A DNA stretch of 64,000 bases from Callorhinchus milii (taxonomy: Eukaryota), in contig NW_024704742.1 in assembly GCF_018977255.1 (NCBI RefSeq), positions 71,054,001 through 71,118,000 of the forward strand, written 5' to 3'. Made by a program: the position numbers and the translations under genes. The notes under the pieces were generated by a model that made no database searches, had not been told where the DNA came from, and saw only the letters and a list, made by a program, of their open reading frames with translations. Shown here piece after piece: positions 25,157 to 36,150 of the stretch (positions are counted from its first letter, which is position 1; each line of letters opens with the position of its first letter).

Positions 25157-27630
25157 TATATTTGTGGGCAAAACGCGGCAGCCAATTGCACACAGCATTG
25201 CCCCACAAACAGTCACAGATTGATCGATCAATTTATTTTACGGATTATTACCCCTGCGGAAAGCGATCCATCAATCGACTAACAACTGGGTTCCCACTTA
25301 CTGCTAGATAAACCGAGGTGTGTGGAGTAAGGAAACTTGCCAACGGTTTCACCCCACCCGGAAATCAATTTTTTTTAAACGTAGATAAGGAAAAGTGATG
25401 GTTAAAAACAGGGATCTGAATAGTCATACAAAAAAGTTGAAAGCGAAACTAATAACAATTATCATTATTAATTATTATTATTACATGATAATCATTGCAT
25501 TTTAAATTGTGCCTTATCACATCACTAAAGCATCTCACAGGATGTTTTGGTGACATTTCGCCAACTCAAAGTGCTTCACAGGATTTTACCGTGAAGTGTG
25601 GTGACCGTGTCTGTAGACAAACCGGGTAATCAGTCAATTTGTGCACAGCACATATACCACAAGCAGCCGTGAAGTGAGTGATTGATCTTAATGGGGGGGA
25701 AGACGGGGGGGAATTGATGGCATAAACTAAATAAAATAATACAAAAGAGGTCAAAAAGTTAAAAATGTATGTTTTAAATAAAAATATCACAATGTAATAT
25801 TTGTGGTGTTTTACGATGCTTGTTAATGAATGCAAACAGATGTGAAGACAGGAACCAAGGAAACCATTCAGCACGTTGCTGTGCCAGTTTATCAGGTACT
25901 GGCAGGGATTATAATAATAATCCTTACATTTGGTATCTGTTAAACACCATTTTGCTGTGTTCACCCACAAAATACAGTCACTACATTGTTTATACTACGG
26001 AGTCCCGTAGCATAGTGGTTAGCGTGCGAAACCTTAGGCAAGTTTCCTTACTTCACACTCCTGTGTTTTCACCTAGCAATAAGTAGGAACCAGGTTATGA
26101 GTTGATTGGCGGATCGCTTTCTGTGGGTAATAATCCCTCAAAAAAATGCGTTCATACAATCCACAACTGTTTGTGAGACACTGCTGTGTGCAATTGGCTG
26201 CTGCGTTTCGCCCACAAAATACACAGTGAATCCACTTTACAATATATTCTGTGAAGTGCTTTGAGACGTCTCAACAACGTGATAAGGAGCCAAATAAAAT
26301 GCAAAGATTATTATTATATATTATATACATTTTAATCCCCTGTATCTTTCAATAATCTTGGCATTTGATATAGCATGGTTCACAGAAAATATTGTAAAGT
26401 AGTTGACTGTGTATTTTGTGGGCGAAATGCAGCAGCTGATAGCACACAGCAGTGTCCCACAAACAGTAATGGAATCAAGTGACCAATTTTTTATTTTGCT
26501 ATGTTGATCCACAAACCACATAGTTACTATGTTTCACAGGAAATCCCGTGAAGCACTTTGACGTGATAAAGCGGTGTATCGAATGGAAGGATTATTATTG
26601 TTGTATAAACATCCTATTAGATTCTGCCTTTGGGAACTTTAAGACTGGGCTGGGAAATCCACTCACACCACACCCAAAGTGAATTTCTCACTCCTAACCA
26701 CCCTGACTCTAATATTCTCAAACACTCCAAAAAAACTTTTATCCCATAAAGTTTCAAAAGCTAATGCGCAACACCATGTGTGCATGTATGTGTTGAGGGG
26801 GAATTAAAATCTGTGTACACACTGGTTCCCCCAACCCAGTTTAATAGTTGGGCGATTTTCGCTTTATATTTAAGGAGACACGAGTTTAATGTAAAAGCAA
26901 GAGGTTTCATGGGGCTCGTTAACTGTTATATAAGCAGTGGAACAAAATGACTAAATGCCTTCAGAGGCATGGCGAGGGGAGAGACAGAGAAAGACAGAGA
27001 GACAGAGAGAAAGTGAGTGAGAATTAACTCATTTCCATACAGCCGAATGGAGATATATTCATTACAACTAGAGACAGTCTATTACTATTCATGTGTGTGT
27101 GTAGATATATATTGTTTTGAACCCCAGTTAGTACAAACAGATAAGAACAGATGCTAGTCAGTTGGGTGGAAGGGGTGGGGGGGTGGGGGGGGCGGGGATG
27201 GTATGTTAGTGTAAGAACACAAAAAAGGGTTAAAACAGAGGGAGGGGGTTAGGTGGGCGGCCAAACCCATCCATCACATTGACTTGCATTGTGATGAGGG
27301 GTTAACAAAACCATATGGTTGGGAGAGACTGAGTCAGATTTTGTTTTACACATATTTTTCAAACCACTTTGGGTTATCCTGCTCTCTCCCACTCTCTCTC
27401 TCTCTCACACATTGCCTGTCACATTTTTTTTCCCAGTAAATAATATCAAATACAAGGCTGTAATAATAATCCTTGCGTTTGATTACAGTGCCTTATCACG
27501 TCTTCCAGACGTTTCAAAGCGCTTCATAAAATATACTGTAAAGTGAATTGACTGTATATTTTGTGGACAAAAAGTGTCAGCCAAATGCACACAGCAGTAT
27601 CCCACAAGCAGTCGTGGATTGAGTGACCAA
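25157..27630. mobile_element. cluster of SINE copies and fragments (25157-25365 -, 25998-26320 +, 26350-26500 -, 27460-27630 -)
   Basis: Repeated family motifs GCAGCCAATTGCACACAGC and AAATGCAAGGATTATT. Confidence 0.7.
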
Positions 27631-29630
27631 CTTTTTAAAAAAATAATACTACTGTAGCAACTGTAGTATTTTTGTTAGTATTTTTAATGTATATATATAT
27701 ATATAATGTGTTTCTCAGGGAGGGATGGAGAGAGGGAGTTATGTCTATTTTCTCCCACCCTCAAATTTTTTTGCCAAAAAATCTTTCTTCTGACTTGTCA
27801 AAATATATGCAATCAAGCTTTACCATTTTGAACTCAACAAACAAAAAGACCGTAGATAAATTATTTTCATCTCTTGAGTAATTAATCTGAAATATTTAGC
27901 CTGTCAGAAATTGCTACTTTCCTGTAAAACACGCACACACAGACATAAATCATACTTTGTTTCATTCCATACACTTTTCAATCTGTTGTTTATTTATTTG
28001 GTTGTTGTTGTTGCTTTTATGTTTTAGCCCTCAACCCGCCCCCAAAAAATATTATCTTGAGAAATATATTTGAGGGAGAAATTCCACTCGGGTCTAAATT
28101 GACTTTTTGAACGCATTGGGGGGAGATTGCAGAAAGAAAAAATGGTCTAAGACCCAGAGGATTTCTTAAAGACTCTGAAACCCTGCGTTAAATATAATGT
28201 ATTATAAAAATATTATGCATTTTGGAAGCCAGGTAGAATTTATCCCATAGTAATGTTACAGAAAATAATATAAGACTAAAACGCTTGTTCTGTTCTTGTC
28301 TTATCTTTGAGACATCTCAACGATGGAATAAGGCGCTATATCAAATGCAAGGATTATTATTATTTTTATCATTATTAATAATAATAAAAATAATATTGTC
28401 TTGAGTGTAACAGTGCCTGGCTAGAAGGTTTAAATAGCAGATTGGGCAATTAATGAAACGTAGTTTTTCTGTTTTTATATATATATATAAAGTACAAAAT
28501 TGGTTTACTAGTATTTATTTCCTTGGGTTCTTTTATTCAAAATATATACACAACCATAACGACTTTAATGTGCCAGAAATGCAAACCTCTCAAATTACTG
28601 GTGTGATTGTTCTAACTGCAACGCTTTATCTAATCGTTACTAACGAAAAGTGTAAACTGGATCCTCGTGTCTTCATAAAAAAATTATTTTGTAAGAGTTG
28701 GAGGAGGGGTGAGGGATAGGGAGATAAGTAAGAAATAAAAATGTGCACCGATTATTAAACAACAGATCCAATCGAATTTTCTTTCTTTAAAAAAAGCACC
28801 CCCTCATTTTCTCCTCCACACATAGTGATCCATTTCACACAAATAAATACTGTATTGTCGCTCTTTTTTCTCTCTAATAAACTGAATGTTATATGATACA
28901 TAACGACATTGCCAACGCTGTAGTAACAGCCTTGTAAATAGCAGCTTTCATATAAAGTGTAGGTCGATTGTTAGTCTATTCTCTCCTTATCCCCCCACCC
29001 CACCCCACCTCTCTCTCTTTCTTTCTATCTTTCTATCTTTGCTTTTCTTTCTCCCTCTGTTTTTCTCTATCTATCTCTCTTCCCTTTCTCTCTCTGGTTT
29101 GCTTCTGTCTCTGTCTCTGTCTTTTTCTTTTTTCCTCTCTCACCTTCTCTCTGTTTTGCTTCTCCCTCTCGTTTCCATTTTTTTTCTCTCTTTTCCTTTT
29201 CTCTCTGTTTTGCTTAATCTCTCTTTCTCTCTTTTGCTTTTCTCTCTCTCTGTTGTGCCTTTCTCTCCCTCTTTCTACCTTTGCCCTCTCTCTCTGTTTT
29301 CCCCTTCTCTCTCTCTCTCTCTTTCTACCTTTTCTCTCTCTCTCTCTACCTTCTCTCTCTACCTTTTCTTTCTCTCCCTGTTTTGCTTTCTCTCTCTCTG
29401 TTTCCTTTTCTCTCTTTTTCGAAAGATAGCAAATCAACATCGGATTTTTTTGGTTAGAAACAAAATATCACGGGGTGGGGGGGGGAAGGGGGGAGGGGGG
29501 GGGTGGAAGGGGTGCAGGAAGGAGGAAGGGGAGAAATACACATCTAATATCCATGTATACCAAATTGCACAAAATCCTGTCCACGACAATAAACAAAACA
29601 AAATAGAAACGAAACATTGTGAAAGACCAA

Positions 29631-29813
29631 GAGCCACAGCCACAACCAGAGCCAGAGCCAGAGCCACAGCCACAGCCACAGCCACAGCCAGAGCCAGAGC
29701 CACAGCCACAGCCAGAGCCAGAGCCAGAGCCAGAGCCACAGCCAGAGCCAGAGCCAGAGCCAGAGCCACAGCCAGAGCCACAGCCAGAGCCAGAGCCACA
29801 GCCAGAGCCACAG

Positions 29814-29844
<31 letters not shown>

Positions 29845-29968
29845 CACAGCCAGAGCCAGAGCCAGAGCCAGAGAGCCAGAGCCAGAGGCCAGAGCCAGAG
29901 CCAGAGAGCCAGAGCCACAGCCAGAGCCACAGCCAGAGCCAGAGCCAGAGCCAGAGCCACAGCCACAG

Positions 29969-29999
<31 letters not shown>

Positions 30000-30082
30000 C
30001 ACAGCCAGAGCCACAGCCACAGCCACAGCCACAGCCACAGCCACAGCCACAGCCAGAGCCAGAGCCAGAGCCACAGCCACAG

Positions 30083-30113
<31 letters not shown>

Positions 30114-30243
30114 CAGAGGCCAGAGCCAGAGCCAGAGGCCAGAGGCCAGAGCCACAGCCACAGCCACAGCCAGAGCCAGAGCCACAGCCACAGCCAGAGC
30201 CAGAGCCAGAGCCAGAGGCCAGAGCCAGAGCCAGAGCCAGAGG

Positions 30244-30274
<31 letters not shown>

Positions 30275-30285
30275 CAGGGCCAGGG
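29631..30285. repeat. hexamer array (GCCAGA/GCCACA)n
   Basis: About 650 bp tandem array, directly visible. Confidence 0.97.
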
Positions 30286-30484
30286 TCAGCCTCACACACA
30301 CTGTGAGCCCTGGCTGTCTGGCTGTCCCTGTGTGTTACACTGTGATGGTAACTGATGACAACTCCTTTGGTTTAGTTGGAAGTCAGTTTGCGGGCAGTCG
30401 CTGGTGAAAGATTAGCGAATTACGCATTTTCCCCCCGAAAGACGCAATTTGTCCTTTCGCAGATTGTTTTAGTTATTTCTCTCT

Positions 30485-30515
<31 letters not shown>

Positions 30516-30984
30516 GTGTGTATATATGTCCTCTTTCTGCCTTTCTCTCTCCTTTTCTCCTTTTCTGTCTCATCTTTCTCTGTCTGTCTGTCTGTCTCTC
30601 TATCTGCCTCTCTTTCTCCCTTTCTGTCTTTCTCTTTCTCTCTCTCTCTCTCTCTCTGCGGTAACGCGATTCAGTATATCAGTCCAAAAAAAATCATTGA
30701 ATTTATTTTTCTTCCTTTTTCTCGTTCTGTCTCTTTCTTTCTCCATTTCTCTTTTTCCAGAACTTTTATCAGTTCCCGTTTTTTTTGTGTGTGTGTGTGT
30801 GTGGGTGGGGGGGAAAAAAACCCCGGCAAGTTCCTATTGTACCCCCTTTTTTTTTTGTCTGATTAAAAAAAAACGGTTTATCCTCTCAATTTGAGTTGGA
30901 AAGAAAATGTTCTTTTTTTAAAAAAAAAAAGTCTTGTCCCTTTTCTCTCTCTTTTCTGTCTCTCCCTCTCTCCTGGAGGCCCAA

Positions 30985-31448
30985 TCAATCGTCCACCTCG
31001 ATCTCCTCATCCTCTGAAAACTCATCCGTGGTGGGATCCCTGGAGGAGAGTGGGGAGTGGGACAGAGAGTCCAACCCTTGTGTTGGGGACAGTTTGGGGG
31101 AAGAGTTTCCCAACTCCCTTTTGGACGACGCCAAGTTCTGAAAATCTTCCATTTGCACCAGTTTCTCCAGCTGTTGAGGTGGTAACTTTTTTAGCGACTC
31201 AACATCAGCTTTCATCTCCTCCAGGTCCCTCTTGAGCTTGGCCCGTCTGTTTTGGAACCAGGTTATCACCTGGGCGTTAGTGAGTCCCAACTGCAGGGCT
31301 ATCTGGTCTCTATCAGCCGGAGACAGGTACTTCTGATACAGGAATCTCTTCTCCAGCTCATATATCTGATGGTTGGTGAAAGCGGTGCGCGATTTCCTTC
31401 GCTTTTTGGAGGTTTGTCTTTGGCCGAAAGCGTTCAGATGATCTCGAC
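30985..31448 (-). CDS. lbx2: lbx2 coding exon 2 with homeodomain, (G)RDHLNAFGQRQTSKKRRKSRTAFTNHQIYELEKRFLYQKYLSPADRDQIALQLGLTNAQVITWFQNRRAKLKRDLEEMKADVESLKKLPPQ...TTDEFSEDEEIEVDD*
   Basis: Acceptor ataag|GT restores Gly in phase 1, followed by a ladybird homeodomain. VSVIQ, HLNAFGQ, ESLKKLPPQ, TTDEFSE and adjacency to pcgf1 favour Lbx2 over Lbx1. Spliced product is 269 aa. Confidence 0.96.
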
Positions 31449-32334
31449 CTTATTTTTTTTAGGTTTTTTTTCGGGGGGGGGGGTGGGTTGGGGGGGTGGG
31501 GGGGGGGGAGGGGGGGAGGGAGAGAGAGAGGAGGAAAGAAGGAAGAGAGATTTTAATAAGGAAAACGATTACATATCAGTCTCTCTCTCTCTCTGTCTCT
31601 CTCTCACACACACAAACCGTAGCGAATAAAGCGTGTTTTATGTTTATAAAGATGATAACATCGAATGTAATTCTATTTAGAGGGGACATGGTTGAGGTTA
31701 AGGTTTACGCGATCTACTCTCTCTCTCTCCCCCCACACCCCCCCCCCCACACACACATATTCTCCCCCCCCCCCCCCCATCTATCTTTTCCCCCCTCTCT
31801 CTATCTATCGCCTCCCTCTCTCTTTCCCTCTCTCCCTAAGGCAAAATTCCCATCCCCAAACGGTTGGCGCGATTATTTGCAATGTGGTGTGTGTGAGAGA
31901 CTGAACGTCACATTATTACATACAAATGCGAATATTTCACGGCTTCGGGTGGGGTGGAAATGCAATGTTTCGTTAACCGATTCGATGTGAGACTCAGTTG
32001 ATGCAATGAGACGATCCTCACATCGAATCGTGTTGCGGAACATCGCTTTTTGTTTGCTGTGCCCCTGGCCCTCTCCAGCACAGACTCAAATTACCAGAAC
32101 CTTACAGTTAGGACTTGTTTTTAGAGTCGGTTTTAAAATCGCCGATTCGCACAAGGAGGGCCCTGATAGACACAGAACATATTCCTCTCTGTCAAACACA
32201 CAGTGGGTTTGTGTCCGTGTGTGTAGTTAAACCATTATCTTATCAGCGCCTCTCCTCTCTCGTCCCAACTTCTCGACTTGTACATTTGAGTTCACACATT
32301 TGCATCTTACATTGACTTGAGGTTCAAAGGCATG

Positions 32335-32716
32335 TCTGTGTGTGTCTGTCTGTGTGTGTCTGTGTGTGTGTGTCTGTGTGTGTGTCTGTCTGTGTGTGTG
32401 TGTCTGTGTGTGTGTGTCTGTGTGTGTGTCTGTGTGTGTGTCTGTGTGTGTGTCTGTCTCCCTGTGTATGTGTGTGTGTCTGTGTGTGTGTGTGTGTGTC
32501 TGTCTGTGTGTGTCTGTGTCTGTGCGCCTCCCTTGTCTGTGTGTCTGTCTCTCTGTGTCTACATGTATGTGCCTGTGTGTGTGTGTGTGTGTGTTATGTG
32601 TGTGTTGTGTGAGTCTCCTTGTGTGTGTATGTCTCACTGTGTCTGTGTGAGTGTGTGTCTCTCTATCTATATATGTGTCTGTGTGTCTTTTTCTGTGTGT
32701 GTGTGTGTGTGTGTGT
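32335..32716. repeat. TG/TCTG-rich microsatellite in the lbx2 intron
   Basis: Directly visible. Confidence 0.9.
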
Positions 32717-34668
32717 CCCTCATTCATTCCTTAAAGCAAACAAAAACAAGCTTCATCCCCACTCAAACCCAAACTCAACTATTCAATTCTGCCCTCGACA
32801 GCCAAATGGAGAGAAAATTAGAATATAAAATCATAAAATCGCACGTTATGCCTCCCCAAAAAACCGTATAAATTGCCTCCTCCGAAAAACAATACAGAGT
32901 TATCCTATATCCCCTGATATCGCAAGATAGTTAAAGTCTCTGGTAGTAAAATGCTCTGGCACATGTGTTTGCTGTTAAGTGCAGTCATGGGTATAAAGGT
33001 TTATACACTATGCGCTGGTTTGATAAAGCTTTTTTTCTCTCTCTCTCTCTGTCCTCACACTTACTTTAGGCTCGACTATACCCTCTGTGTTTTGCTTTGG
33101 GTCTTGTGATTATTTTGGGGGACTCCGTACTGCTTTGAGACGAATAGAGTTTAAGGTGGGAGAGAGTGTGAGTGTGAATGTGTGTGTGTGTGTGGGGAGG
33201 GGGTGAGATAGGAGAGAGGGGGAACTCAGGATTGGGTTTGGTTTGCACCTTGGAAAATAGAGAGAGAGAGACACACAGACACACACACACACACAGGGAG
33301 AGAGAGAGAGAAAGAGGGGGAGGGAGGCAGACGTACAGTTAATGCGTTCAATTGGTGACTCCTTTGACCATTTGTCTGCACACTAAACCCGGGAAATTGG
33401 AGTGATTAATTGTCGGCCTTTAGCTCCATTTGGTGTTAATATTTAAATTGCAAAAAAAAACAGTTAAAATAGACAATTTAAACACACACACACAAACCTG
33501 CACACACACACCCTGACACACGCAAATTCTCTCTTGCACAAAACACACACCTAACTCCACCGAATAAAGATCACAGCTTTTTTTTTCACAAGTAAAGTTC
33601 GTTATTAAGAATGCATCAAATAATACTGTCATTTAATGTTGTTTTATTGCCGGTTATTCAGCACTGTTAACTGGCTTCATAACGGTGTTATTTTTTTTAG
33701 AAAAAAACGCGGATTTGTCTTATTCGTATTAAACAAATCTTAAACATTAGTCGTAGGGACATCGACGCGATGGTGGATCGTGAGTCAATTAAAATAGTTT
33801 CAATAGATTAAGAAATAATTTGAAAAGACACATACACACACACACATATTTACACATACACACACATACATTGCAAATGAAACTCAATAACAATATTTCG
33901 GTTTTGGTCAGAGAGATTGTGCGGGTTTTATGTATAAATAATATAATATTGTGTATAATAATAACACAGTACTAATATAATATAATATATATATATACTG
34001 TATGTTTATTAATATGTATAATCCCACAATAACAGATTGCCTGAGAAACACAAGGCGAGCGAAATAAAAGTGAAGGCGTTTAAAACACGCATTTACTTGA
34101 GAGTTTCTGGGAGTGAACAACTTTATCAATAAAAAAAATTGCGGGCAACGAAATTTAAAATATTTGCCCCTCACACAACACATCTATACCACAATTTGCT
34201 ATTGATTCATTATTATTAGAGGATAATCAATAAATAACTATGCCTTCCGATTATTAGGATTATTTTGGGATACAACTAATAAATCTTCTAATTATTATTG
34301 GCTAATAATAATAGCAATCATAAATAAAGCTTCTAATTATTATCAGGGGAATCAACAATATTTTTAAAGAAGTAATGACATCTTTTAATTATTATTTTGG
34401 GGATAAAATAAAAATAAAATACATACACTGTGTACCTTCTAATTATTATTATTTTGGGGATACGAAAAACACTGAAGACATAGACTGCAACTTTTAATTA
34501 TTATTATTATTATGTTTGGATCAAGAAATAATAAGGAAACGCTGTAAACATATCTTCTAATTATCAGCATAATTTGCGGATAAATAAATATACCTTTCTA
34601 ATCATTATTACTACGGTATTTTGTGGGGGGGATAAAAAAAATAATATCAAATAAATCGAAATAAATAC

Positions 34669-35014
34669 CTTCAGCCGCTTGAATCACACTGACTTCCAGG
34701 CCTTTGAAGGTTTTGCTGGCGAGTTCCTCCAGGGCGCAGAGCGGGGAGGTCTGAGCGGGCAGTCCGCCCCGAGGCAGCCCTGAGGCGGACACTTTGTCAG
34801 CGGCAGCCGCTGCCCTCCCCACACCCCCTCCTCCTCCCCCTCCGCAGCCCGAGAGCGGGGACTTCCTCAGCGATGGTTTGCTCAGAATATCGGCGATGCT
34901 GAAGGGGGTGAGCGGTTTGTTGGAGTTGGCGGGCGGTGGGAAGCCATCCAGAGGGCTCAGCCTCCTCTCCTCCCCCCCCGGCGCCACCCCGCAGCCCGGC
35001 TTCAGCACCTCCAT
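34669..35014 (-). CDS. lbx2: lbx2 (ladybird homeobox 2) coding exon 1, MEVLKPG...PPPANSNKPLTPFSIADILSKP...SPLCALEELASKTFKGLEVSVIQAAE(G)
   Basis: ATG at 35014. Lbx signatures PPPANSNKPLTPFSIxDIL (eh1 Groucho-binding motif) and SPLCALEELASKTFKGLEVS are present. Phase-1 donor GAAG|gtattt. Confidence 0.95.
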
Positions 35015-36088
35015 CGGCCCGGGAATTGGGTTAATATCGTTCCTCTCCTTTTCCAGAAAGTTTTTTTTTTTTTGGGGGGGGGGGGGGGGTGTGGGGGTGG
35101 GGGGGTTCGGGTGGGGGGTGGGGGGTGTGGGGGGGGAAGTTTTTTTTCTGGACAAAAATAGGAGGGCAAAAGGGAGAGGGGGGAAAATGCAAAAGCCGTG
35201 GGTTTTAGTTCTGGTTTTCAATCGCTTTCAACCTCTTTTTTTTTCTCTCTCTGGGAGAGGGGAGAGAGAGGGAGAGGAGAGGGAGAGGGGAGAGAGAGGG
35301 AGAGGGAGAGAGAGGGAGAGGGAGAGGTGCCTCTGGGAGCTGTGTGGCTCCGTTCGCTTTTTAACGCATGGGATTGGGGAAATGCGCTCGTTCGCTCGTA
35401 GGCACCAGGCGATGCGGAGCGGGTGAAGGGGGAGAGCGACCGAAAAGGGGAGGTGAGATGGAGAGAGAGAGAGAGAGAGAGAGGGGGGAGAGAGGGAGAG
35501 AGGGGGTGGGAAGCGCTATTGATCACAGGTTGGAAGATATCTCTCTCTTTCTCACACTCACACACTCACTCTCTCACTCACTTAGTCTCTCTCTCTCTCT
35601 CTCTTCCAACCCAATTAGCAGCTGTGTCCAGGGAGGGAGAGAGCGAGGGAGTGGGGGGTGGGGAGGGGGGGGGGGTGGGTGGGTGGTGGGGAGAGAGAGA
35701 AAAAAAAAAGACCCCCCACTTTCTTAAATCCCACACAAAAGCGAAAGGAGGCTAAAACCCGACCAGGGGAATGGTCAGTGATCTTCCTTCCATTGCTGAG
35801 AGAGGCTATGAGTTGTGACCAGTTCAGATGTCTTAGAGAGAGTTGCGGTTTAGAGGAATTATTTGGGTGAGGGGAGGGGAGGGGGGATTGAGGAATGGGA
35901 GGAGTTTGGAGACAATTTGACCAAATTGTCCCCCCCCCCACCCCCACTCCCCACTCCCTGTCTCTCTCTCCCCCAACGCATTTGCTATCTTCTGTTTTCA
36001 TCCCAAATAAAGTGTGTGTTTGGGGGAGGGCTGCAATGAGAAACTATTGCTTTTTTTCGATATATGTGTGTGGGGGGGGGGGGGGGCT

Positions 36089-36119
<31 letters not shown>

Positions 36120-36150
36120 GTAGCGAGAGAAGGAGAGAGCGAGAGAGAGG
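35015..36150 (-). promoter_or_regulatory. lbx2 5' UTR and proximal promoter region
   Basis: Repeat-free region directly upstream of the ATG, with a CpG-rich patch at about 35350-35445, GA tracts and G tracts. The TSS cannot be determined from sequence. Confidence 0.55.

Noticed and set aside
29039..30407. Long ORFs of 438, 277, 262 and 251 aa
   Set aside because: They are translations of CT-rich and hexamer repeats that lack stops by composition.
30985..35014. Assignment as lbx1
   Set aside because: Diagnostic residues (VSVIQ, HLNAFGQRQTS, ESLKKLPPQ, TTDEFSE) and linkage to pcgf1 fit lbx2. A phylogenetic tree would confirm.
34794..35426. 210 aa antisense ORF over lbx2 exon 1
   Set aside because: Shadow of GC-rich coding sequence with a non-ATG start and no recognisable protein. 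An antisense lncRNA cannot be inferred from sequence alone.
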